Below are positions 35,101-48,300 of a stretch of DNA of 64,000 bases, one piece after another (the stretch's first letter is position 1; every line of letters starts with the position of its first letter). Origin of the DNA: Tubulanus polymorphus (Eukaryota; Animalia; Nemertea); contig NC_134027.1 in NCBI RefSeq assembly GCF_964204645.1, positions 6,046,485 to 6,110,484 of the forward strand, given 5' to 3'. Below the pieces are notes generated by a model. That model saw only the letters and a list, made by a program, of their open reading frames with translations. It ran no database searches and was not told the DNA's origin. The position numbers and the translations under genes are program-made.

Positions 35101-38100
35101 AGTTTGCGTATGCCAGGAACCTTAATTCCTGCAAATAAAACTCGGCAAACCTTGTTGGCATTTGGCCATGGTTATTTAATCCACTCTATGAAATAGATAA
35201 ATGCCAAGGTTATACTTTCTTGCATCTTTGCTGAATCTAAAGACGCTTCAATTAATGGTTAATTGAACCAGTGGGGTTTTACTGATGTTGCATCTCTAAA
35301 ATAATGCGATAATTTCCTTCCCGAGAGAAATGCTATAAATTGTTTATCGTGAGAAGCCATTTGGGAAAGCCATCGATGAATTGCTTATTCAGGGAGCTAA
35401 GGTTTTGGTACATATTCTACGTACTTACGTACGTATTTAGATTTTCCGATTTGTATTTAGAATGGGTGTATAGAAATTGGTATTCTTTATAAGATTGAAT
35501 TTGCTCTTTTTTTCTTATAGTATTCTGACGCCAGTTCTAGAGGGTATGGGTCCAGTAACCGTAGTTATGGAACGAGCTCAGGCAGTTACGGTGGTTATGG
35601 TGCTGGGGCCGGTGGGGGTTATGGAAAGTCATCGTACGGTAGTGCCGGTGTTGGGTACGGAAGCGGTTATGGCAATAAAGACTACGGGGCACCCTCTTAC
35701 AGAAACTCCTCGCTGGATCGGGGATATTCCGCGGGCGGAAGTGGCACCCGAGATCGGTATTCTTCGTTAGACCGTTACTCAAACAGAAGCGACTACGGTT
35801 CGACGCGTTCTGGTTATATTTCGGATTACGGCAGCAGTAACTATTCTCCTTACAATTCGTGGGATCGGACATCGGCTCGGTCAGGCAGGTCCTTTGCCAG
35901 TAGTCGTGATCCATCTCCGGCCTATGGAAGCCGTTCATCTTCACGATATGGCGGTAGCAATGACTATTCGTCCTACGCTTCTCGTCGCCACAACAGTAAA
36001 GAAAACACTGCGACCGGTGGACGATCGGTGTCGTACGACCCTGGGTATAATCGAATTAGAAATTCCGGTGGCGTTTTACAGAATATCAACAAGTTCGAGC
36101 GACGACCGTCACAGGATTCTCAGGTTAGCGCGACGCCGAGCTACTCGCGCCAATCATCCCGTGAATCCCGACCACCGAAAGAAATTCACGAATCTGAACA
36201 AGGAGGATGGTCGTACAGCGAATCAGAATCAGGCGCCGAATATAGTATGCCCGATGTAGATATGGTCGACGGTCAGATGCGGTATCTCACAAGCCGTGGA
36301 ACGGATCCAATCAACGCTAGTGCGAGTCGATACACCCGTACATCAAAATCAAAACCAGTCTCAAAAAAGCGCAGGCATATCTATCCAAAAAAGACGATCA
36401 CGTTAGAAATCGAAGGTCGCCTTGAAAAAGTTGAACCAAATATCGAAATTAAAGACGCCTGTACACAAACCGCAGAACCACCATCCCCAACACGATCATC
36501 AACATCTAGCAGTCGATTTACCTATAACAATAAAACATCAGGACCTAGTAGTACCTATTATAAATACAGGAGTGGCCCATCATATAGCGTATCATCTGCG
36601 GGGTCTCGGTATTCTTCTAACCTGACACCGAACTCCCCGAGTTCTCCATCGAAATCGTCACCAACTGAAAAGACTAAATCTCGTGAAACTGAACGAGATT
36701 CACGAAGCAACCATAACGGCAGTCGATATAGTTCGACATCTACCCAGGTCGCACCAGAAAGTCAAAGGGCTGCCGAACATTCGTGGAGGGATTCAGTGTA
36801 CGGCGATGGTAACATTCCTAAGTCTCCGAAAACATCAGTTGAGAAACCACCATCTGAAGTTGTAGGAGACGATGATGTCAAACGGGATCGGGCTCGCAGA
36901 CGAAGAGAGCGTGCCGAAATGCAAAGAGCAGCCGATGAGGAGCAACAACCCGAAGAAATATCAGCTGCCAGAGCGCGTAGACTTAGGCGGCAACAGCAGC
37001 GGATGGCTCAAGAAAATACTTACGCTGAGATCGCACCGCCAACAACCCCTGAACTGCCAGCGTTACCGTTAACTCCCGAAGCCTTAAACTTCAAAGAAAG
37101 TATTGAAAAGGTTAAGAACTGGAAGCAGAATCTTCCTGAAGAAACGACATCACCCGTACCATCGTCACAAGAAGACCGAAGGACGGATTACGCTGGGTCA
37201 GGTCGTGACGTATCTCCAGAAAGGTTTGCACGGCCTTCGTCTAGAGTGTCGAGTGGGTCTTCTAGACACACCGAAAAGGTAATAACAGACGAAATGCCCC
37301 GAGCACCAGCGAGGAGTATTCACCGAGGCCACAGTAGAGAAGAACTCGTATCTCGAGAATCATCACCGGTTTCCGCGTCATCTAAACGCCATAGATTAAC
37401 GCGTTCACATCGACATGATTCAAACGATAGCGTGTTCATACCGGAAGAGATAACATCTGATCACCTTCCGAATAAAGATTTCAGAAAGTCCGTTTTAAAC
37501 ATGGTACCTTCTATACATCCCAGTGAATCGCCTCGGCCTTTTGAACGTGAACAATCGCCAAACGATGGCTTTCGAACTCATCAAAATCACCAGCAGAGGG
37601 TCAGGTGTTCTAGTATCGATTCTGGTAGTTCTTCCGACGCATTTTCGCGAGAAATGTCGCCTAACAGTCGGAACGTGGCGACCCGACAAATAGCAAAACA
37701 AAGTTCGTTTGACAAACGTCACCATCGAACTCAAAACAAAAGACAAGAAAAATATGAAGACGATGCCCCCAGTGAGACGGAGAGTCAGGTATTCGCGAGG
37801 GACGATTCTCCTAATATATCCTCACGTTCGGGCAAACCCCCGCGTCCTCCAAGTCGACAAAGTTCAAAAGAAGACGGCCGACCTCGATCAGGAGGATCCC
37901 GCAAGTCGCGCAAGTCTTCCGGAGAACGTTTTCACGAGGAGCACCACTCACAGCAACGACTGCCGCGCTCTAATTCTATTGAGTCTTTCGAAACTACTAC
38001 GAGCGCGGCCACGTTACCTGACTTAGTACCACCAGGTTACTACCCCGACGGTCGACAAATCCCACCGCACCTTTTTAATCAACAGCAACAACAGAACAAC

Positions 38101-38475
38101 CACCAACTACAACACCATCAACAAGAAAAACAACCACAGAATAGACGAGTATCGTCACAGGATAAAACTATTTCAGCGACGAATAAGCAATTCATTTCAC
38201 AATGCCGGGACATTGACGATCTTCTAGCAACGGATGAATCCGATGAATCGAACAGCGATTTTGAAACTGAACGAATGAAAAAGCCGATGAAAGTATTGTC
38301 AAAAGAACTACAGATGCTACTCCTAAAGAAAGGCGGCGGCAGGGTGAAAGTAAAAGATTTGTTGGACATTTGCAAAAGACCCAAACCGGTAGATAAAGAA
38401 GATAACAACAAAAAGTTCCGGGGTTATGCGGATTTAAATGAACTTCTCGAGAATATGGGCGTTAATGTTAAAAAG
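32176..38475 (+). CDS. FHOD3: Alternative long N-terminus of the FHOD/Fhos formin (exons 32176-32211, 35063-35092, 35521-38475; ~1000 aa, low complexity)
   Basis: MAYRKYSRDYNY|gtgagt, then ag|MPSAAKGYSA|gtaagt, then a 2955-nt open exon ending ..NELLENMGVNVKK|gtgaga in phase 0. This is compatible with the shared acceptor at 39760 (LEDCVLQ). Confidence 0.72.
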
Positions 38476-38794
38476 GTGAGATGTGACTATTTCTATCAGC
38501 ATGTTATCATTTTATTAAATTTCGTAGATATTGGTCAGAGATTTAACGTCTTAGTCTTACCAGATTTGATGAAATTTGCATTCTGATAAGAGGGCATTAG
38601 AAATAATTACTTTTTACGTACGTGAACTTGGTTTTACCCAAAAACTGACTCCGGGCGATAAAGGCCCAAAAGGCCCCGGTATTTCGATATATTTCGAATC
38701 TTCTTATTCTTAAGTTATTCTTTAATCACCATCAACAGGTGCGAAGTTTAGTTTCAATTGCTAACAGTTTTTTCCTTCCTTTTGCTGCTATCCT

Positions 38795-38855
38795 TTGATC
38801 CCGCCGTTAAATCGACACCTCACTTCCCGCGTGCGGCCCGCCGGCGGCCACTGCT
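38795..38855 (+). promoter_or_regulatory. GC-rich putative internal promoter for the short FHOD isoform
   Basis: CpG-dense patch with TTCCCGC (E2F-like) and CCCGCC (GC-box) motifs, about 550 nt upstream of the canonical ATG. Confidence 0.35.
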
Positions 38856-39382
38856 TTGTCAAAAATGCATTGCTCCTTTCCACACTTCAGGACCTTACCC
38901 TATAAAAATCAATCACTAATTTAAATTAGTAAGCGAAATATCCCAATTAATGGAGCGAATGTTTTAAAGCCGACCGTATTCAAGACTAAATACCTGTGCA
39001 GTGTATCAGTTTTAAACTGTGCCCATTGTGTTACATAGCATAACAAATCCAAATATATTTATTCATCATATAAACACTTCAAACGTATATCTCTATGAGA
39101 CACATATAGTTATCATATATATGATAAGAATAGTAAAAATATTGAATCTGATAATTGATAACCCGGACTACGAAAGACCTTCTTAAACAAATTTGCAATG
39201 ATTTGTCGATGGGACGGTCTATGGCATGCGAGGGTTCAGTACCCAATTTTGACATTTGTAACATTGACCACCGTCGTGAGCTGTCAGAATGCGGAAATGA
39301 TTCAAATGATTGGAAATAAGATGTGTTTCAAGTGTTTTTATTGGGTTTTTTGCTCAATGTAGTTGTTTTTTCACGAAGAGAC

Positions 39383-42300
39383 ATGTCAACGCTACAGTGT
39401 CGCATTCAGTATCTCGACGATACGGATCCGTTTACGAGTACTAATTTTCCTGAACCGACCCGTCCGCCTCAGTTCACATTCCTTACTAACGTTCCCCTTT
39501 GCAATCAAATCACCGGAGTACACCGACTTCTTGACGCGCCTCATCGGGTAAGAAACAATCGCTCAACTGAAGTTAATCGGTAATGTGTGGAAAAATGGAT
39601 CTTAATTTCCGTTCGAATTATTTCTTATTTCTTGAGTTTTAACTTTTATTTAAAGGCAGCATTTTATTGTATTATTATCGCTCTAGTCTATTATTGTTGA
39701 TTTTATTTAGGCCCCTAAGCTTGCAGAAAGTGATTGCCACTTTATTTGATTATTTGCAGCTTGAAGATTGTGTGCTGCAGTTATATAGATATACCGGCAA
39801 TCAAGGAGATTATGGAAGCTATTTAGATCTGGAATTATCATTAGATGAACAATGGGAAGAATTAGAAGGCTTCACTGAACAGTAAGTGGCAATTTTCCCA
39901 CTTTTGACCAATAACATTGTGGTTAGAATGATTATATTCCATAAGTTTGTCTTGAAAAATTAGTTCAACTCAATCATTTTTTAAAGCATTAGAAAATGAT
40001 TACTTTTAAATTGGACCAATTCATTGAGACATTTTTCATGGGGAGGAAGAAACAATCTATGCTAAGAAATGAATCATCCTTATCAGAGAAACTCTGAAAT
40101 GTTCAATTTCTTAATCGCAAATATCCTGTTGTTATTTTTATCATTATATATTCGCCATGCTTGTCATTATGTTTACAACTTCACTGAAGTTGAGTACACT
40201 GCTATATAGTGTTAAAACATGGCGTAGATGATCAGAGTTCTTCGAATTCAAATAATTGTTCTTGTTGGCCAACTTTTCTGATCAGTGCTATGCGTGGCCT
40301 TGTATTTACACAACTTATTTGATGTTCATGGTATGTCAAGTGGTCTGTGAAGTACTTATGCTTATATTCATATCCTTTCAAGACTGTAATAGTGGACAGT
40401 GGGCCCAAAGTTTTGTTTATTTTACCTGTAACCTGTATGTCTGGTCATCCCATTAGAGGCATTGAAATACATTATTTGCTAAATCTATTAAGCCACCGTT
40501 TTTATTGCTTTCATGACTGGTATGTCACGTTTCCTGAAAAATGTAATCTTCTTTGACATTAATCATTGCTCCTACTTCCACCATAGAGCTTATATCAACT
40601 GGTCCCCAAAAATATCAGATAAGAATTTTTTCAATTCCATGGTTTAATCTGTAGACTTAAATCTGTAGGCCCATTGTAAGGGAATTGAATTCTATTTTTG
40701 AATTGAAAAATGATTTCCTTTCTCTTTTCAGGCGTAAAAACACAATTATCCTTCGAACTCAACTTTCTGTACGTGTACATGCATGTATAGGTGAGTATCC
40801 GCTCAGCCAGGCTGATCTAATGTCAGTTACCTTTCAAGTTTATATTCTGCACCACTCCTAGTTTGTTAGTATGAATTATAATTCTTTGAATTTTATATCT
40901 TAGAAAAGTTACTTTCATCAAGTGGTAGAGATTTACGCCGGGCATTATTTTCTTTGAAGCAGATATTTCAGGTATAATACAAACACACGATATGTTTATC
41001 AACATAGGATGCATGCAACTGTTGCATTGATGTCTTATGAGAAAACTTTTCTATTTTCTAAGGATGATAAAGATGTTGTTCATGCATTTGTCAACAATGA
41101 TGGTCTCATGTGTCTGATAAAAGTCGGTACAGAAGCCGATCAAAATCATCAAAATTACATTCTTAGAGGTCAGTTTTGTTTTTGGTTAACGCTGAAAAAA
41201 AAACCTAATGATTTATTGAAGTGTATAATTTCCAGCTTTTAGAATGCGGTAACTTTTATAGAAACCAATTATTTGATCATTAGATTGGTACCAGTAGTAT
41301 ATTGTTATAGCCCTGCTGTGCGCTTCCAGATATTTTTGTTTAAAAAATCTATAACGTCGTTGAATACCTCGCACATGACTCTTATGTATATTATGACTGT
41401 CCATGGCTATCGTTGTGTGCCTAGTTATTAATTGTTATGGCTGATATCCACAGCTGTTATGCCTATATAAACAATGTTCGCATTACAGAGTCTCAGTCTA
41501 TGTATCGAATAAAATAGCACGCGAGATGAGGGGTGTTTTTTGTTACTTCGCATCGAAAATTGACCCGAATTAAGAAATGTGATACTTATGAAAAATTATT
41601 TCTGGGTAGTCATTACGAACAATTAAAACTTAACCCACTGAATTAAAAAAACACTTATTGAGATAAGGCTTCAAATGATCATCAAGAGTGTATTTTTCGA
41701 ATGTTCTCTTTCCAGCATTGGGACAAGTGATGCTATATGTAGATGGTATGAATGGTGTTATTGCTCACAATGAAACTATTCAATGGCTTTACACTTTAAT
41801 GGCATCTAAAGTATGTATTCAGTATTCAATACCTGATTAGAATGAAATTTATCCTGTGCATGCTCTGAAAGTAATCGGTTTATTTCGGATATTAATTTCA
41901 GTTTCGTCTTGTGGCTAAAACGGCTACTAAATTGCTATTAGTGTTTGTGGAATATGCTGAAAGTAATGCGATGTTAGTTCTTCAAGCGATAGAAGCAGTC
42001 GATAGGAGTCAAGGTATGCTGAAAACCTGCGTATCCCAGTTAGCATTGATATATTTACCAGCAGGTGTCAGTACTTGTTCGTTAAAAGTTAAGAAACATG
42101 AGTAAAACATGTATGTGCATGTATGTGAATACATGTAGGCCTAGATAAATGAAAACATGTTTGGAAATAGATATGAAAGTGATTCCTTGGCCAAATAGAT
42201 ATAATATTAGCTCTTAGTCCTTTAAAGAATAACAACTAATCACATTTTAAAAATAACCACGATAACTAAACGTGTAGTCGTCTGAATCACTCTGTTTTAG

Positions 42301-45300
42301 CATACCGGGGTATCAGCATTCTCCTGAGAATGTACTTTGTACTGCCACCAGGTCTATTGCATAATACCACTTACTAATTGAATGCGTATTTGTGATAGAA
42401 ATTTCTAGGTTTATAGCTACATTGTAAATACTATTAAGTTGTATGCGTTATTGAAATGGGATGTTAATGTATTTGTCTTCACATCCGCATGACAAATTGT
42501 TCGATCTCAAACTTGTATAAACATGCCAAATTATTTCTCCTCTGCTCTACTCGTTGTGAGAATCATGAGTTTAACCCCATGTCAACTGAAATTTGATATT
42601 CAAACGTCCTTGCAAACCTTTCTATGAATCAATTTCAAGCATTCATTCTTTGATCATACTTTTCCTTGAAATGAGATAAAATTTCTGCCCTGACCTTAAT
42701 TGCAGTTGTCATTCTTGTTTTTTAACTTAACTCTTTAAGCACCATAATTGCTCTTTCTCTCTTTCTTACTTAAAAATCTCTGGGAATTTAGTCAAATTAA
42801 GATACTTGGACTCTAAAATGATTTCTTTGTTTTAGAATCCATAGCAAAACTACCAAAATGAACTACTGGCAATCAAACTGTCGGATTTCGTAATTGAATG
42901 TATTGCACAGGTTTTCATGTTTCAATGAATTACGTCTGAAGGCACACGGCAGTTAAGCCACGGATGTTCTTTATTGCTCTACATGGTTCTATAGGAAAAA
43001 CCACTTAAATGATTTATGTTAAAAAAAGGGAGCATTTAACAAAGGGTTTTCCCGAATGTGTGCTCATCATAGAAATATTATTACAAATTCAAATCTGTTC
43101 TCCTACAGTAATTGATTATAGTATGATTAATTATGGTATGATTGATTACCATAGAAGAATAGTTGGAATTTTGATTACCGGTATATGTAATATCCTTATA
43201 TCTATATTTTGATTCCATTTAATTCGTTTTTCAGGATATAAATTATGGACGACTATATTTGGTATTTTATCTGATTGGGATGGTGGGGATACAGAGCTAC
43301 AGATCTATACTATGACACTTATCAATAAAGTAAGATTTTTGTGTAATATCTATGAAGTTTAATTTTAACTGAATCAGATTCGAATAAGCAAACTAATCTT
43401 AGTTGTGATTGGTATCCAAGACCAGTTTTATAGAAAAAAACATTTAAGAATTAATGAATGGAGAATTTTGATCAAGATAGATATTGAATTTATTTTTAGA
43501 CGTTGGGAGCAATTCCTGATCAGGATGCATTTTATGATGTATCAGATTGTCTCGAGGAACAGGGTATGGAAAAAGTTATTCATTGGCATATGAATAAAAA
43601 AGGCGCTGATTTAGACCTCCTGCAGCAACTTCAAATATATGAGGTACAAAGGTTTCTATGTTCCATTTGATTTTACATTTTAAATGCATGCACTTCAGCA
43701 CAACAATTATTGTTATACAGAGTGCATTAAAACATGAAGATGGGGATGAAGAGGTCCCAGTACAAAAAGAGGCAATAAGGTAAAATTTTCACTGCCATTT
43801 GAAGAATATTTTGGTTATTGGTGATTGTTTCTAGATTTGGCCTGATTGCTTTTTTATGTAAATGATATTTCCTTTTCAATATTCAATACAGGAAAGTACC
43901 TCGCCAGAAAAGTGAGGATCCCAGGAAAAGTCGCCGATCAGCAGCAGCATTTTTCCGACAGCAAGGTTTGACAGCGAATGTTGATGAAACATCCGAACTC
44001 AGTGAAGATGAATTGGCTCGAAGAGGGTAAGTTTTTACAGAGGTTTTTAGGTTGTTGCATGGTAGGTGTAACTACGTACAGAAATGATTTGAAATTTTGC
44101 TTTTTGTTCAGGTCAAAAACGGAGAGTGAGTTGATGGCTTCTTTACCAGCAGCAACAAGGTCAATGAGTCTTCAGGAGGAGCAGTCCCCACAAATTAATG
44201 GCACAGATGACTCGGACATAATTAAAACACCAGCTGCGGCATGTAAGTTTCTTAATTCAAAATGCATACTAATGCATGGAATGTACACCAAAACTTTAGG
44301 AACATTGTTAATGCAGTTTACTTCAAAAGAGATACAGATTTCGTTAGCATGTATGTTGAAGATGCTTTCATTTGCATGGTTTGATTTAGAAGATCTTTTT
44401 GTCAGTCTAATCAATAGAATGTTTTTTTGTTTCGCCAAATACATAATGTTTTCATGTATAATCGCATGTTGAAAATGTCTGCACGATGTTTTTAGATACT
44501 CCATCGCTTGCTGCCCATCGTCGACGGGATAGACGCATACCACGCTGGGAATCCACTGATGATAAAGGAGGAGACAGTGAAAGCCCGTCGCAGTCTCCTG
44601 TTACAATCTCTACAACTGTTGAGGCATCAAACGTCGATGCAACAAATGACAAACCTCGCGTTCGTGAAGTCTTAACTCCTGAAGAACGGCGCGAACGACG
44701 ACGACAAGCTCGTATCGCTCGTTCTCTGAAAGAGACTGATATTGATCAGGCATTGCGACGCGTTTCAGTGGAAGAAACAGATCTAGATGCGATACGCTCG
44801 CATTTAGAAATACCACCGGATAAAGTAATGGGAGAATTCACCGGCAGTAGTCAAGATACACCACAAACTAATCTCGACGATGAATCAATGCAAGGAGAAG
44901 GGATTGTAACGGTTAAAACAATGGACAATGAGGAACAAGAATTGGCAGGAGAGCCGCTATCAAATCTTGAATTTACGACGCGTGAACTGAAATCGCGGTC
45001 AGATAAAACTGATAATCACAGAGACAATAATCAGTTGCAGAATAATTTTTCACGAGTGCTCGCACAACTCCCAAGCAGTCTCTCAAAATTAAGTACGAAT
45101 GATAGTTCTATAAATATGTCTATTAGTTCATTGAATTCACTGGAGAGTTTAGGTGAGTATATATGAAAACAACATTCATTGATTACTGATGAGAATGATA
45201 TGATTTTTATGCATGAAAGGCGAAGCATGAATTTTTTGCTTGATTCTTGATGAACCTTTAACATTTTATCATTCAGTTCTAATCCATAAAAAATACAGTT

Positions 45301-48300
45301 GAAATGCGCTTAGAGCTGATTTATTCTAAGCGATTTGAGATTTTTCCATCCGATATTTATTTCAGATGAGAAACGACATGGCGCAACTAATGAAAATCAA
45401 CTGCCTCCATCACATAATTACCAAGGTTCGGCGGAATCTGGTTACCTCAGTAACAACGATCAACGCATTAAAGAACTTGCTGCATCCGATCAGAATGAAA
45501 CGAATAAACCTGAGGTTTTATCAGGTATCGATGATAATCAGTGGTTAGTGTATCGTACCTCGGAAAAATTGCCAGATGAGACTGAATCCAATTCGGAATC
45601 TAATGGGACGAATCGGCGGGAAAGTATGCAGAATGTTGAAAGTATTCAAAGTCGATTGGATAGTATGAAACAACTGGGACAAACAGAAGTTCAAAAGACT
45701 GATATTGATTTGGAAAATTTAGGAGCAGTGCAATCAGTGCAGGCTTTGTTGAAATCATCATCACAGGATACTGATCGCCAGACAGACAATTCGACACCAC
45801 AAGGCGACGCGAGCGGTTTGATTCAACGGGCAAAAGAGGGTTTGATGTCCAGCGGACAAAAACCACTACAGCAATCTCGACGCGAATCATTGCGACCGAA
45901 AGTGGAAGAGGCGAAAAAGAATGAAAGTGAAATGCAATGGGAGGCACTAGAAAAACGACTCAACCGACCACTTAAGATAAAAGATCTTGACTTTACCGAT
46001 TTGGGTGATACAGATGATGTAGACTGTTTAGTCCCAAAACCAGTGATTGTGTCAGATACAGGAATCCCTCCCCCACCGCCGCCTCTTATGGGAGGTCCAC
46101 CTCCCCCACCACCCCCACCCGGAATTCCCCCTCCCCCTCCTTTGTTACCTGGAGCACCACCACCCCCACCGCCATTAGGTAGCGTGTTATCGAATTTGCC
46201 TCCACCTCCCGGTTCATCTCTTAAAAAGAATAAGAAAACTGTGCGCCTACATTGGAAAGAAATACATACCAATCAGCCGTCATTTGTGCAGCAGGGACCA
46301 GCTGAAACAATCTGGAATAAACTTGTACCTATTCGTGTTGATCCGGAAAAGATTGAGCATTTATTCGAAATCAGAGCTAATGAATTGAAATCGAAGGTAA
46401 GCATTTCTATCAGTCCATTAATGAGAGATTTTCATACAAATTTTAATCGCTATCGTGTCATAGTGGCTACACAAATTTCATTGCTCTGTGAGATGCTTAG
46501 GCATATATTCCCTGAGCTAACTGATATAAACAGGAGTGCTATGGATATGCCAATGCTTTTTGCATTAATTGAATCATGGCATTCTAACTAAATATTTGTA
46601 TGCTTAATGAATAAAAATGGTTAGCTTCAGTGTTTAGAGTAGGCTCCATATATTGTAAAATTTGAGTTTAACAATGGAATGATCAAATCATCACAGTATA
46701 ATGGTCCCCCATACAGTGTTGTTGCCCTCTTACGAATTTGTTCATTCTTTTATTCATCATTGCTTGCTGTCAGCTTGGCATCAAGACAACTTGATCTGAC
46801 CAAACAAAAAATAATCATGCATTTATTAACAGTCATGAGATACTTTGCTTTTTTATGCTTATTCTAAAAGCGATTTTGATAAAACCCAAATAGCAGCAGA
46901 TACCAAACTTCACATTGAACCACCATCAAAATTATTTTTTAAAGTGTCAAAATCTTTATTGATTAATGCGTCCAATATATCAATTTCATTCATAATTTGG
47001 TAATCAGAAATGTATTAATTCAATCTGCTTTTGTTTGGGAGGGTTTTCAGGATGAATACTAGCGTTATATTACAGGAAACTAATGACATTATCTGTTCTT
47101 TTTTCTTTTTTTCTTCATCTCATTCAATATTTCGTGCATGCTGTCACTGGTCGTCGCATTCACTGATATTTTCAGGAGTTGGTAAGAGCTTGCTTTTGTA
47201 CATCATTTCTTCAACATGTTAACACTGGCCTTATTTTCATTAAAAATTGGAGATTGTTGACCTTTGAGTGTACTGCATCATTTCTGATCAATGAATCATT
47301 GATAAGAAATAATGCCAGCAACTGCGCTAGAATTTGTCAGCGCAGTTTTTTAATTTGTTCATTCATTTCCAGTTATTTTTGAAATTTGGTCATATATATA
47401 TATATAAATATATACTATGTTGTTCACTGCAGTATTAATCTACTTCCAGTTATTTGTGAAATTTGGTTACCAGTAACTCATATTGTTGCTGTATTTCAAT
47501 AACCCATGTCTGATGTACGGTATTTATAGTAATCATGGGGATAGGTTAATACTGCTGAAAAGATTCTATTCCTCTATTCTACCCCATTATATAATGATTT
47601 TTCAGTCATTCATATACTTACCATCATCCTTGTCCACACTACATATAGAATGAGTTTGAATTTTGAATATTATTCGAATCTGATTCCTATAACTTCTCCT
47701 TTTAAATCTAATTGTTAACTTTTTATGAAGCATGTTTATAGTAGAGTATTATTCAATAGTTTAGATTTGTAGGTTACATGATATGTTATGGATTTTGCAT
47801 GTACTGGTTACGGTATATAATCTTACCTACACCCAGTGTCAGTAATACCTATAAGTTATTTCGCAAAATTCCTGAATTTGTATTTTAAATTTTTTTCATC
47901 ATCGAATATGTGAAACAAGACTGCCAAAATAAAAAAAAATCAGTAAAAATCACTATTTTTATGACTTTGTTTGACAGAAAACTGGAGATCAGAATAAAAA
48001 GGAGATTACAGTTTTAGATCCGAAGAGAAGCAATGCGGTTAACATTGGTATGACGAAGTTACCTCCATCTCGAACCATCAAGGCTGCCATATTGAAAATG
48101 GACAACGCTATCATGAACCGCGAAGGTATAGAGGTAAGTGCCTAATTTTCAAGACAACGCAGATATTGTGATTTTTACGCATATGATGTCTAGCGCTAAG
48201 TGAAATCTGATCGTTTGATTCTAGAAAATTCTTGCAATGTTGCCGACTGCTGAGGAAACGAACAAGATCGTTGAAGCGCAGAAGTTTTCACCTGAAACAC

